Position numbers and translations under genes: made by a program. Source: Callorhinchus milii (Eukaryota). From it: DNA of 64,000 nt. A model generated the notes under the pieces. It searched no databases. It worked only from the letters and a program-made list of their open reading frames with translations, and was not told the origin of the DNA. Below, in pieces: positions 39,401 to 54,400 of the stretch. How positions within the stretch are numbered: the stretch's first letter is position 1; every line of letters starts with the position of its first letter. Where the stretch lies: contig NW_024704743.1 in NCBI RefSeq assembly GCF_018977255.1, positions 74,898,001-74,962,000 of the forward strand. Reading direction: 5' to 3'.

Positions 39401-42400
39401 TGGTGGTAATAATAATAATCCTTACATTTGATATAGCGCTTTTCACATCTTCTAGACGTCCCAAAGCGCTTCACAGAATATACGGTAAAGTGAATTGACT
39501 GTATATTTGTGGGCGAACGCAGCAGCCAGTTGCGCACAGCAGTGTCCCACAAACAGTTGTAGATTGAAAATGACCAATTTATTATTGTTTTTTTGGAGGG
39601 ATTATTATTAGTTGTGTGGAGCAAGGAAACTTGCCCAAGGTTTCGCCCTGCCTGGAATTGAAGTCAGGTCTCTCGCTTGCAAAGCGAGTGCTCTAACCAC
39701 TGAGCTACAGGACTCCTCAGTCGGGTGGGTCCACAGTTAAGGCACTGCTGATGGCACATTGATTCATTGGCAGGACTTGAAAGGACAGACTGGTTACCTG
39801 ATGCAGTGATTCTTGCCATTCAGCTCTTGTTAACCCAGAGCTCTAAGTGTGAGGTTAGCACTAACTAGACAAGGTTGTCAGACAATGCTCTTGATGGCAA
39901 GCATTGCTGTTTTAGCTAGTTGAACTGCCGCATTACATCAGCACATTCTGGGGTCCCAAGCCTTACCTCTTTGCCAACCTGTGCTAATAGGGTGTCTCCC
40001 TCCAGAGAAAATGTGTATTCGATACACAGAGAATTTTTGTGTGCAGGTGGCATGTATGTGTGAAAAACTCAATGTAGTTTAGATACTTGTGTGTGTTAAT
40101 GTGTTTCTGCATGTATCAGAAGCCTTGCTGATCAAAAAAAATCTTCCTGATTGGAGACCACTTAGTTGACGTAATATTTGCAGTCTTCTGCATCATTTAT
40201 AACCTTTCCTTCATAAGCTCACCTGACCACACTTAATTCAGACTACTCCCTTGACAATTAAATGGAATATATTCAACCTCCTACTAGAGCAGGGCCAGCT
40301 AACTGCGGAACCTGTCTGGCTTGTGGGAAGACTGTCTGATCATCTTTAAACAGGAAGCCACATGTTCTGGGACTATACTCTAGTTTTTGTTTGTGAGAAA
40401 TATATCCAAATATAAATAAATCAGTTTTTGTTTTATCGTGATTTTTTTCCTGTTTTCTGCCTAGATTCAGGAGTTTTGGAAAACGGGTGTGCTGGTACCA
40501 AAGACTCGTTGTTGGGCCCAGGGTATGGATGGCTGGCGGCCACTACAAGCTATTCCACAGCTGAAGTGGTGTCTATTAGCCAGCGGACAGGCTGTACTGA
40601 ATGAGACTGACCTTGCTACTCTGATTCTTAACATGCTTGTCACCATGTGTGAATATTTCCCCAGCAGGTACAAAGCTTCTATTACACTTATTTTTAAAGC
40701 TTCAGAGGCAGTAATGACTTGTATAGTAAGCTTTTGAAAGCTGCTTTTTATTTTTTTTCAATGTATATTCGGTAAAGTAAAACTATTTAGTTTTCTAATT
40801 GATGAACAGCAATATATAGAGTAACTGATTCTAATTATTCAAAGCATTTTCTTGAATAATTTTCCTTAATATATTTCAGAGATCAGGATAATGCCATTAT
40901 TCGACCACTTCCCAAGATAAAGAGGCTACTTACAGACAATACCTGTCTCTCTCACATTGTTCAGGTAGTGTAATTTCTCTTTGGCAACTTGTGCCTAATA
41001 TTTTATGGAATTGGGTATCTGTCCGGGCATTCCAATAAATATCTCTGAAACGTCCATGTGTAGATGGGATACATGGAACTCTAATTTGGACACCCTTAGG
41101 AATGGTGATGGGTTTCTGCCTGTGTCAGACATCTGGCTGATCAAGAAAAAGCTTTCTTTTTTTTCTAACGTAGCAAAATGTCACCTGGTTTGCAGTAATC
41201 TTTAATTTTACAAATACGTTTTAGAATTTTGCTCTTTAGGATGCTGACATAAACTTAATTATTCATGTGTTTTCTCTCATAGCTGTTAATAACATTTGAT
41301 CCTATCCTGGTTGAGAAAGTTGCCAATTTGCTGTACCACATTATGCAAGACAACCCACAATTACCTCGCCTCTACCTTACTGGTGTGTTTTTCTTTATTA
41401 TGATGTACACGGGTTCAAATGTGCTGCCTATTGCCAGGTGAGTTCATGAAAAAACTTTATAAAGTGGAAACATTTTATTTACTTTCAAATAACACTTTGG
41501 TCCAACTCAGACTTACAAAAACATTTAATTTACAAATCTGCACTCTTATCCTCTAGGTTTTTGAAATATACTCACCTGAAACAGGCATTCAGATCTGAAG
41601 AGGTCAGTGCAAAGAAGGAACTCACAAGTTGTATCTTAACATTGTATTTGTATTAACAAGCTTCAATACATGTTACCGTTTAAAAAAAATGTTACCGATT
41701 TGAAATTTACATGTTAGCTTTGAAATTTGCCATTTTTCTCATAAATGTGACTTGGATGCAAGTCATTTGACAAAAGCAGGAGATCCTGGCCTATTTTAAG
41801 AACGTTAGTTGGAATTCATATGACTTTATTTATTACATTTCTTCCCCCCTCCTCAAACAAGCAGAAATTTAGCATGCATACCTGTGAGTTCAAGGGAGGA
41901 CACATTTAGAAAAATCCTGGTAGTTCATTGCAGAGTATTTCTTAAAATTTACAATGAAATTGTTAATCTTTTAACGTGAATTATCATAGGTATTTTGTCA
42001 GACATATGCTATATGGGGGATGTACCTGTATCATGATAGCTCTCTGCTGAATTTATTTCATTTGCTCTTTCCCCAAAGTCTTCACATCCAACTATCTAAT
42101 TCCATTTTAAGTAACACAATTGAGTGCTTGAATTCAGATCCTTACCTCTCAAATCATCTCCACAAACGGTTTCTCCTCTAACCCCACACCGTCTCATGCG
42201 GCGTTCCTCGGTCTCTGTCCTTGGTCCCCTCCTCTTCAAAATCTATTTGCCCCCTCTTGGTGACATAATCTGCAGTGGTCAACTTCCACATGTATGCGGA
42301 TGACACCCAACTATCTCTCTACCACTGTCTCCCATCGCAGGACGCCAAAACCCTCATACACGCATTCATAACATTCAGGTTTGACTATGCAAACTCCCTG

Positions 42401-45400
42401 CTTGTTTGTCTCCCCAACTCCTCCGTCCAGAGGCTGCAGATCATCCAGAACTCTGTAGCCCATGTCCTCTCCCACACCAGGCTCTGTGACCCCATCTCCC
42501 CCATCCTCTCCCCACTCCACTGACTTTCCATCACACAGAGGATACAGATCAAGATCCTGGTCCTCACCTTCAAAGCCCTCCATGGCCTTGCTCACCCCTA
42601 ACTCTGCACCTTCTAACCCCTTACCAACCTGCCCTCTCATTCCATTAGCGGGCTCCGGCCTGCTTCACATCCCCCGCCTCACCTGCTCCACCATTGTCGG
42701 GCGAGCCCTCTGCCCCCACCATCTGGAACTCCTTCCTGCAGTACCTCCGCCTCGACCCTTCCCTTGCCTCCTTCAAGCCCTCCTGTTTGACCGTGCCTTC
42801 AATCACTCTCCTTCCCCCGACGTCCCGCCCTCCACCTTCCCAATCCCGACCCCCCAGTTCGGGTCTGAAACAGACTATCCAGCGCCTTGGGAAGTCCTCC
42901 CAACATGAAAGACTCTATACAAATATAATTTTGTTGTTGGTGTAAAATTGTGCTGCAATCAATTTAGGCTATTTGGTATTCGTTAACATTTCGTGGCCAT
43001 ACATCTTAATGTTTGATGTGGATCCTAGTTGATTTTGACTGTTAAACTTGCCCTTATCCTCATGAGTTCATATGTTTTCTTGATTCCTATGGGATTAAAA
43101 TTGTAGAATTTTTCTTCACTACCTTGGAATTGAGGTGTGTATAGGTTTGGCCCTTTAGAGTGGAAGATTGATTGCCAATATAGATCACTTAAATTTCATG
43201 GAATGCCTAGACCATTCTAGTTATGAAACGTAATCTTCCAACTTCTTTTGGTGCTCGATTACCTGTCTTGTTTTGTTTAAAAAAAGGTTTCTTATTGTTC
43301 AGCGCTGAATCTCAGAACAAATAATTAATACTGTATTTAATCCTTTTGGATTTATCTTTAGCTCAGTTTCTATAGTTCCATCTCTAGTCTTCATTGATTC
43401 CCAGTGCCACATTCAGTGAAAGTTCAGATGTAGTTAATGTTAGAGTTGTAAACTGAGATGGCTCCAGTCAACGCATTTTCCTGCAGAAATCTTTTGGAAC
43501 CTAAAAGGTTTCATATTATTTCAGCGGATTATTTTCCCAGTCTTGTATATATTTTCATATATTTTGCACAAACTATGGAATGAAAGAAAATTAAGCCTGC
43601 TCCTTTGGCTTCAAATAATATTAGTCAAGACTATTTCAAACAACACATCTAATTTCTTGTGGAAAACATTGTGCTGAATTTCTCCTGGTCCTCACTAATA
43701 AATGAAAGAAAATTCAGTTATCTAACTTGACATCTTAGATTCTGCATTATTGGAATAACACTTTCATGTTCTTAGAAGCAGGTTTATTTTTCATCTTGTA
43801 CTGACCAGTATGTCCAGAACCCACATTATAATAATAATCCTTGTATTTGATATAGCATCTTATCACAAGACATCTTCGAGACGTCTCAAAGCACTTCACA
43901 GAATATACTGTAAAGTGAATTGACTCTATGTTTTGTGGGAGAGCCACAGCAGTTAATTGCGCACAGCAATGTCCCAAACACAGTTATGGATTGAAGTGAC
44001 CAATTTATTATTATTATCTTTTCCGGGGTTATAGGAATTATTACCCCAGAAAAGCCATCCATCAATCGACTAACAACCGGGTTCTTACTTACTGCTAGGT
44101 AAACAGAGACGTGTGGAATAAGGAAACTTGCCCAACATTTCGCCCTGCTGGCAATGAAACCTAGTTCTCTCGCTTGCCAGGCGAATGCTCTATGATTTAT
44201 GAAGTTCTTAGCCCTGATTCCAACTGTTTCTTTGATATTTTCAATCATTGAAAGGGATGTCAGATTTTGTATCTTATTACTTAAATCCCTCTTTGGAAAG
44301 GTTGGAATATCACAACTTTAACAGAGTGGAAAAAAATTGTAATCCAACTGTTCTCCCCATTCAGACTGTATTCAGAACACCATTTGTAAAATGTCTTAAT
44401 CCTATATGAGTAGCACTGCATATTGTTTTAATTATTGTGAAAATAGCATTTGAAATGTAACTTTTTTTCCCTCCTGTTTATTCAGGCAAAAGGACAAGAC
44501 TTGGTGCAGCGAAGTGTTCTGGGGCACATTCTTCCTGAAGCAATGGTCTGTTATTTAGAAAACTATGAACCAGAAAAATTTTCAGAGATTTTTCTAGGTG
44601 AATTTGATACTCCAGAAGCAATTTGGAGCAATGAAATGAGGTACTAGCTCAAACTCTTCTTTCGGGCATTCAGCTATATCTGTCACAGTTCATCAATCTG
44701 TGGAAATAGACTGAATTTTCTAGCATTGTTTTCTGTGCTACTGACATTTTTTTCTGGAATCCTCAGTTGAAGCAGTAATCTGAGCCATTGCTACCGCACA
44801 CGCTTCCCACGTGAAGTTAGGACATTTTCTTTAGGATTTATATGGTGGAGCTCTTCAGGATTATAGAGGGCTGTGTTGGGTTACATAATAGGTCATATTT
44901 ACTCTTTGGCAAGTCAGTAACAAGCGGGCACACATTTAAGTTGGTCAGAAAAAGAATTAAAGGGAAGATTAGAAAACAAATCCTTTACACACCTGGTGAA
45001 TTGAATGTAGAATTTTGAGAATGTTGAACAAGAGTCTTTAAATTATCTTGAAGGCAATTAGATAAACTCATGAAAAGGAATATTAGAATATGAAAATTGT
45101 TTTCTGATGCCTGTCTAAATATTTACCTTGCCAACATTGCCAATATGGACTTGACATTAATATGTTGATCCAACCCTCTTGACTCCAGTCCCCAGCAAAC
45201 CCTTCACTGTTCAGCTCCTTGGAGTGTCCCCCTGGTGTGAAAGACACTAAATATATGCAAGTTCTTGTTATTGATCCAGTGTATGCAGAAATATTTAACA
45301 AAAATGTTGTGTATCCATACTTTCAAAATTGCTGAAGTTTCAGATTACAAATTACAAATCAACAACAAATTGTGTTTAGATAGTACCTTTCACATTGGGA

Positions 45401-48400
45401 AAACATCCCAAAGCACTTGGTAGTCAGTTTGCATGTGAGCTGGGGTTTGGTTTGGGGAAGGGCGGGGGCCAAGGTATGTTCAAAGAGGAAGGAATTCCTG
45501 AGAATGGGATCAGAAAGGCTGAAAGCCTGATTGCCAATGGTGGGGCAGGCAAGGGGGAGGACGTTAAGCAAGGCAGTACCCACAGGATCGAGGGAGTGAG
45601 CCAATTGGTAGAGTTTTAGGTGGGGCTGGTCAAGACTGTGAAGGGATTTAAAAGTGAGGATGAGGATCTTGAACTTGATCTTCTGTGGAGGATTACTACT
45701 ACATTCTGAATTTATTGTGAGTTATTTATATTGCCAACAATTTCTCTTATTTTTAAATGTAAAATAGCTAACTTAGTGTAACATTCCTGTGAAGGTACTG
45801 TACATGAAGCTTTTAATGTGTTAAGTCTAATCACAAATTTTTATATCAATTGTAGGCGTCTAATGATTGAGAAGATTGCTGCCCATTTAGCAGACTTCAC
45901 ACCTCGCCTACAAAGCAACACAAGAGCATTGTACCAGTATTGTCCTATACCAGTCATCAGCTATCCCCAGTTGGAGAACGAACTTTTCTGTAATATCTAC
46001 TATCTTAAGCATCTCTGTGATATTGTTCGGTTCCCCGACTGGCCTATTAAAGATCCTGTAAGTGTTGATAGTTACTTTTCTCAAAGGAAATGTTGTCCTG
46101 AAAATGATTTGTAGCAAATAAAGAATGCATAGTACCAGGTCTAGCATATTAGTAATAGTAGTTCCCAGTATATTGGAGCAAGATCAAATTTAAGTTTAGA
46201 ATAAGTGTCTTATTAGTTAACACCTGCCTGATTTTTATTATTTACAAATCTGCCTTCAGGTAAGATTGCTCAAAGACACTCTGGACGCTTGGAAAAAAGA
46301 AGTAGAAAAGAAACCTCCTTCAATGTCCTTGGATGAAGCATTTGACGTTTTAAATCTTCCAAAGGGACAAGGAATGTGAGTATATATTTGGTGATAGATG
46401 GAGGTTGAATTTAACATTCTTTATGATGTGTTTAATATCTTCTACTGCCATTGGTTTATACTCTATTGGCTTATATTGAAGTTGTGTCAGATTCATTGAA
46501 GGAATATTTGCTTGAGATAAAGACTGGAATCTTTCCTGTAGGATAGATGTCTGACATCATCCAAGTCCATTTGCTCATGTATTATAGTAAGGCAGCACCA
46601 CTCCCAGACTTTATGGTTTGTTTTCTCCTGGAGGATGACCTCTCTTTTGCAGTTTTTTGTAGTTTTTTTGCTCCCCCCTACCTCTCCGACCTCCTAACCC
46701 CCTACTACCCTGTTCGCTCCCTCCACTCAACGGGCTCCGGCCTGTTTCATGACCCCCGCCTTGCTCGCCCCACTATCGGCAGGTGGGCCTTCCGCCACTC
46801 TGCACCCACCCTCTGGAAATCCATCCCGCAGTCCCTCTGTCTCGCCCCCTCTCTCGCCACCTTCAAGACCCTCCTCTTCGACCGTGCTTTCGATCTCCCT
46901 GCTTCCCCACCCTCCACCCTCCCCCACCCCGACCCCCAACTCGGGTCCGTAACTGTCTGTCCAGCGCCTTGGGACGTCCTCCCGACGTGATAGGCACTTA
47001 ACAAATGTAATTTTGTTGTTATTTTGCTGAAGTATCTTTAAAATTTGGAATTTTACATTTTCTAGCCCATTGTTAAATGCTTCATTGCTTCATTTTAGAA
47101 TATTAAAGTGAGTTTCCTAAATGTAACTGTTCCCAACTTTGTTTTGAACTTCTTTGGTAGAAATGATGAAAGCAAGATAAGAAAAGCCTACTTCAGGCTT
47201 GCACAGAAATACCATCCGGACAAGAATCCTGAAGGCAGGGTATGTTCTGTGAATAAAATACTTATTTTTATATGTGAAAATGTTTTATTCATTTGAAGTG
47301 CAAAATATTACATAAAATATATTACATAGCTAGTATTGATCCCCCACCCTGTGTTTCATATACCATTTAAAATAAGCCAAATTGGTTGGGGAGCATATTG
47401 AAACAGATTTTCTTTTATTTTAAATTTGCATGAATTTGTTCTAAGCAAAACAGTCAATTAAAGTATTATGACTATTTTGCTCACAAAACATCAAATGTTT
47501 TCTGATCTAATCAAAATATCTGTGTTCTAAAGGATATCTTTGAAAAGGTGAATAAAGCCTATGAATTTCTGTGCTCGAAGTCTATGAAAATGGTGGATGG
47601 ACCTGATCCAGAAAATATCATTCTCATCCTGAAAACTCAAAGTATTCTTTTCAATGGGCACAAAAAAGGTAACTACACCTCCTCTGCCTTCTTCAGTACA
47701 TTGTGTAAACACACTTTCTTTAATTTTCATCAGATTGTTAAGACTGTCACCAGAGTAGAAATGGGGAGGGTGCAAAACCTCCCAAGGGTGGTGAGCGATC
47801 TTGTGAGGTCAAAGTGCTACCCTGGGTGTTTCTTTTCCTAGGACTGTAGATATAAGGCAGGGATTGTAACCTAATTTACAATCCAGCACATACCAGGAAT
47901 TAAGTTCCCAAACAGGAGGATGGAGAGGAAGCTCTCATGTAGACCAGGGATGGCCAACTCACATGCTTGATCTGATGACGCAAGTTGGCCATCCCTGCTC
48001 TAGACAAATGCCTGATTTCTACCCCATTAGAACAGTTCATGACTGTGCCCAGTCTGTCTTGTCAAATCCTGGACATATTGCAATAGTACAATGCCCAATA
48101 CACCAGCCTTCTGAAATCATACAAATTAGCTTCACTGACCCATAGCCATCATTTTGCACAGTCGAAGATATAGAATCTGAAAAATGTTAATATAGTGAAC
48201 CAACTTATGACTGGTTTATGTGCAACTTCAAAATAAATCAGGGTCTCGGAATTCCAGCCTTGAATGTTTCTGCTTTATAACCTCTTTTAATGGTGTACAT
48301 AATAGCAAACCCAAGATTTGAATTCTGCCACCAGACAAATTCCAGATCTGTGGGACAGACTTGATTCTTTTTCCCCCCAAGACTTGACAAATAATGATGG

Positions 48401-51400
48401 TGGCTCATTGGGGGAAGAAGCTGTCATTTTGTGAATCTGGCTTGTGATCCTGAATCACTTTGTATTTGAATTCAAGTAGGTTATGCTGGACACTTTGTTC
48501 TCACAATTGCATTGCAAGCTAAGATAGCTCCAAGATGGGCTTGGGCACTTACACCATTTGATTGATTTATCAGAACTAGATGTTTCAAGTTTAAATTGCA
48601 TCAGGTAAATGCAACTGTTAGCAATTTAAGTAGATTATTTTCTAGAAGGGGAGAGACTAGGTAGTGTTAGTGTTCAGAGGCATTTGGGTATCCTTATACA
48701 CCAGTCACAAAAAGTTAGTATGCAGGTACAGCAAGCAACTAGGAAGGCTAATGGCATGTTGGCGTTCGTTGCAAAAGGGTTAGAGTACAAGTGTAGGGAC
48801 GTCTTGCTGCAGTTGCATAAGGCCTTGGTGAGACTGCACCTGGAATAATGTGTGCAGTTTTGGTCTCCTCATTTAAGAAAGGACATACTTGTCTTAAAGG
48901 GGGTGCATCGTAGATTCACTAAGTTGGTTCCTGGGATGAGGGGGTTGACCTATGAGGAGAGGTTGAATAAACTAGGCCTATATTCTCTAGAATATAGAAG
49001 AATTAGAGGTGATCTTATAGAAACCTCTAAGATTCTTAAGGGTCTGGATAGGGTAGATGCCATGAGACTGTTTCCCCTGGTTGAAGAATCTAAAACTAGG
49101 GGTCATAGTCTCCAGATTAAGGGTCAGTCTTTTTGAACTGAGTTGAGAAAAACATTTCTTCCCTCAGAGGGTAGTGAATTTGTGGAATTCTCTGCCTCAG
49201 AAGGCTGTTAAATAAATGGTTCTGCAGCCAGTCATCCACAGCAAACGAACTAACACATTCAACTGCCATCATGGCCACCCGAACATATTCTAGACTGAGA
49301 TTGATAGATTTCTAAAGGATAGAGGGAATACGGGATATGGGATAGGGCGGGTAAATGGAATTAGGTTAGAAGATCAGCCATGATCTTATTAAATGGCGGG
49401 GCAGGCTCGAGGGGCCTGAATGGCCTACTCCTGCTCCTAGGTCTTATGGTCAATTTGTTCTGTTTAGAATTTTCTCATAAATTGCATTTTTCTTAGATTT
49501 ACAGCCCTATAAATATGCGGGTTACCCAATGTTGATCAAGACCATTACCATGGAAATATCAGATGATCAGCTATTTTCCAAAGTTTCTCTATTGCCAGCT
49601 GCCACTGAATTGGCTTTCCACACTGTCAATTGTTCAGCACTGAATGCTGAGGAGCTACGCAGAGAGAATGGACTAGAGGTACATTTATAAAGCTGAACAA
49701 TAAATGTGTAGAATGTATTTAGGAAAGAACTGTACTGTAGAATATAAAATTAGACAAATTATGGTTCTGTACTTCAGTGAATTTGATAATGCACCTTCAG
49801 TTATGTTACAGCTTGAGTTTATCGATTTTCTAAAAAAGTGTATTTTTTGGGGGAGATGATAATCCTTGTGTTTGGTATAACCCTTTCACGCTGGGGGAAT
49901 ATGCTTCACGGCATTTTACTGTGAAATGTAGTAACTATTGATAGGCGAATGTGACAGCCCAATTGAGCACAGCCATGAAACAAATGGGGATCATTGGCCG
50001 GGACAAGAGAAACCATCTTCTCTTAAATACACAAAGTAATTTCATTCTATTTAAATGGTCTCAAATGATAGCTGTAATTAATCAGAACGTGAAATATTTG
50101 CCCCAAGTGACTTTTGACGTGAGAGGAAAACATTTTTAAAAACAAATTGAATAAACATTCTAAAACGTAAAATATGAGAGAGAGTAATTGGAATCTGAGC
50201 AGTTGGCACCATTGGATATATCCCAGATTATGTTGAATTAACTCCTGTAATTTCAATTTTATATAAACAAGTGTCTTGAAATTTGTTTTTGTGCTCGTGA
50301 CTGCATCATTGCTGGATGCACAACATAGGTTTGACCAGCTGAGATTCAATTTAAATTGAACCAGATTGAGCTCTCGATTCTGTTAGTTTGGGTTGGCTAA
50401 AGACTTTCTATTGAGACATCAATTGTGGATTACCACCAGAAACTGAAGTAAGAATTTTAGGGGTTGTTAGAATAAGATATAGTTTAACCACAAATGGCTG
50501 AAATGGAGCCTACAATCCATTGAAAAGAAAACCTTCATTAATGAAACGAGTAACTGTAATGAATAGATTATGAACAAGATATTATTAAAAAAAATGTTGC
50601 CAGCAACCATAAACAAAATAACTTGCAACTTCCCGATTTAAAAACAACTCTGAAATGTCATACATTGCCCTAGTTTATTAGTGTATTCAGTAGAACTTGC
50701 ATATTCAGTACTAAACCAATTGCGACTTGTATATACTAACGTCTAGCTGGATTTCCAAATGGGAGTGAATTGACTTTATATTTTCTGGGAGCTCGTCTGA
50801 ATACAGCTGGGAGCTCTTGTGTAAAATAAATTCCCAAAGCTCAGGTCAACATTAATATCGAGACGTAAACTGTCAAACCTGCTTTTGGATACTTCTGAGG
50901 CCATTTTTTGTAAGCGTGCAATTTTATACAAGAAATAGAGTGGTTATAGGTTTGCTTGTTTTTCAGGTGTTGCAAGATGGTTTTGCACGTTGTGTGGCAG
51001 TGTTAACAAACTCCAGCAAAAAAGAAGATATGGCTGTGCAAGTAAGCATAGTTTAAATTTGCCTTTAGTATGAGTTTTATTCACTGAACTGATCCTATAG
51101 AATTAATGTTCCCTTTCTGCTTTAGGTGTGTGGACACATTTGTAAATGCTACAGTGTAGCAGCTCAATTTGAAGATTGCAGGGAAAAAATAACTGAAATG
51201 CCGAACGTCATCAGAGACCTCTGCCGATTGCTGTTTTATGGGAAAGTAAGTACTTGTGCACTTAATGCTGCATAGTCGTAATAGGCTTCTATTTTCCATC
51301 ACTGCTACAGATTTTTTTAAAATAGTGATGTCTAAGCACATTATACCTATTAATATTTGATTATGCTGCAGATTCTGAACAATATAATTCTGATCACAAT

Positions 51401-54400
51401 ATTTTCAATGCTCGTCTTCATGTACAGTGTCTGCCCCGGGTGGCCATGATGGCAGTTGAGTGTGTTAGTTCGTTTGCTGTGGATTACTGGCTGCAGAACC
51501 ATTTATTTAAAGCTGGTGTTCTGTGGCACCTGCTTGTCTACCTCTTCAACTATGACTATACACTGGAAGAAAGTGGAATTCAAAAGTGTGAGGAAACCAA
51601 CCAGCAGGTATTTATTTAAACTAAACACCAGTGTGTATAGTGTAATGTGTGCAAACTTAATTTCCATTGTACTAGTTCTTTTTACATTTAAATTGGTTGA
51701 AGTTTGTGCTGCAAAATTGCAAGACATGAAGCAATTACTTGCTTGCAAAATAGATTTGTGAATAATTAATAGTTTGTGATCTTTGTTTTGAAAAAAATCA
51801 ATTGCAACCAAATTAATTGCTACTTTTAAACAGGAAGTTTCTAACAGCCTTGCAAAGCTTTGTGTAATTGCTTTGAGTCGGTTGGGTGGATATCTGAAGG
51901 AAGAAAATGCAACACCTGAAAATCCTACAATACGGAAAAGTTTGGGAGCTCTATTAGCACCTTATGTCTCCAGAAGGCTTTCTCAAGATAGTCCTGCAGA
52001 GGTACATCTCTTTTTCTCTTGTGCTTTTTTAAAAAAACAATGTATAAGCGTGCCTGGAGCCATTTAACATTATTGCATTGCAACAGCATCTTTGAGTGCT
52101 AGTATTTTCGCATACCCTTTATATTTACATTTTAGCATAAACTCAGATGCTTTCGTAAGCTTTATTTTGTAAGGATATAATCTGATAGTTCACTCATGCA
52201 ATATTCCTTCATTGTATGCAAAATGTTGGGCATGTTTCCTTACTCCAAACGCCTCTGTTTACCTAGCAGTAAGTAGGAACCCGGTTGTTAGTCAATTGGC
52301 GGATCGCTTTTCCAGGGATAGTAATCCTTAAAAAAACAATAACAATTAGGTCACTCAATCCACGACTGTTTGTGGGAGACTGCTGTGCGCAATTGGCTGC
52401 TACGTTTCGCCCACAAACCTACAGTCAATTCACTTTACAGTGTATTCTAGGAAGTGCTTTGCGACGTCTAGAAGGCATGAAAAGCGCTATATCAAATGTT
52501 ATTATTATTATATGTTTTGGGATGTTTCTATCAGATCTTAACTTTAAAGCATTTTTTCAATGATTCATTTCAGTCAGCTAGATGTCCGACATGTGCAAAA
52601 ACTCATTACCATGCTCAAGTATTTCAGCCAAAGAGTTCCATTTATGCATGATTCCTATCCATAGAAATGTCCCTGTGTACATATCCTGCTTACTTAATCT
52701 CAGACGGTATTTGGTGCAAGTTGGCAAGAGCAAAAGCTTGTCATGCTGCTGTTTAACCAGCTAAAGCCGCCTATCTTGGGTTTGTACGCACTATTTGGCA
52801 AACGACTCACTGCTTGACCAGCTAGGAACATCCTATCGGTTGGGACTTTGGCTTGCAAGGTTAATGGGAATTGAGTGGGAAGTCTCCCTGCCCTCACTGA
52901 CTAGTATTCATTCTTGTTGGTTAAATAATCTTTCTCCCTATCAAGGTCTCTTTACAAGATTCAATTGATTCAATTACAAATTAGGCCCAATTATTTTCCC
53001 CATCAGCTCGCTGAATTTGTTGGGTGTCACTAATTTATTAAGGCTTTAATAAATTAAAGCTACACCTTTTACAGAATGTTGCTGGAGGAAAAATAAGGCA
53101 CCAAGAAACTCCAGTTCTGCATATTTTAAATGTGAATTTTTTTTAGGAAAAACGTTGTTGAGCATGTAGAAATTGACTAGCACAAGTGTAAGAACAAGAA
53201 ACAGCAAAGGATTTCAGAATGGAACTAGCCAATTTTCTGTTCACAAAATATTTGGGGCCATCAGATTCAGAGAAATGACAAAGTGTGGTGAAAGGTATGT
53301 TTTGTGACTGGCCTTGAATGGAGGGAGGGAGCACTAATGCTGATTTGTGCTTAATTTGTAAGCTCTGGAAACTAGCTATTGTGTTATAGTGAATCCTTGG
53401 TACATTTGTAGTTTAAGGAATTTGTGGACGTAACTTTCAAATCATCATCATTGAACTCGTTTTCTATTTTCAGATTCTCAAGATGCTCAATAGTAACACT
53501 GAGAATCCATATTTAATTTGGAATAATGGTACCAGGGCTGAGTTGCTAGAGTTCCTTGTATGTCAACAAGAAGGCATGGTGAAAAGGGTAGGTCTTTTGA
53601 AATTTTTCCTGAATTGGATAATGGTTCTGTTCTGAACTGACTTTCAGTCCATCTGACAATGTAAATAAATACCACCAAAGCTTCATGTATCGTGTCTGGG
53701 TACCAAAACATGTTTTTATACTGTTTTATTTATATAGTAGACTTATAATCAGTCCAAAGATCTCGGATAATACTCCCCAGTCAAGAGTTGAAGTTCAGTC
53801 TGAGGAAAAGACAAATAATGATCTGGAGTCTTTCAATGGACTATGCCTCATTCTGTGGAAATTATTTAATGCCTTCAGTTCAAGGATAATTCAGAGTTTG
53901 AATTTGGCTCTCTGGGAACCTTTTCATTCCACATAAATCATTTGCTCCCTATTTAGCAAAGATCATCCTCTTGGCTTTTAAAGGGTTTTTCGTGTCTTGC
54001 TCCCTATGATTTACTTTTCACGAAGAATACTGCAAACAAGCTTGTCTCATGGCCATGGTAGATGAGTTCCTCAGTTTGTTGTGGTGGTTAACTGCTCCTT
54101 TTAATAGTTTATCATAAATTCAAGCACCGTCTTCGGCTAATTGCTTCATCAGTTGCTCTTCAGCACTTTATTTTTCTTTTCAAAGGGGGATTGTGATAAA
54201 AATTATGGTGCTGAATTTACCTTCAGTGAACATGCTAAAGAGCTTGCAGTTGGTGAGGTTTTCGTCAGAGTCTACAATGAGCAGCCAACATTCCCATTAG
54301 AGGTAAGATAATAAATTGCCTTAAGGAGATGGTGACTTTAGAAAATGCAGTATATTGCTACATGAATTAGCTTAAAGTGCTTCTTGGCATTAAGTTCTAA

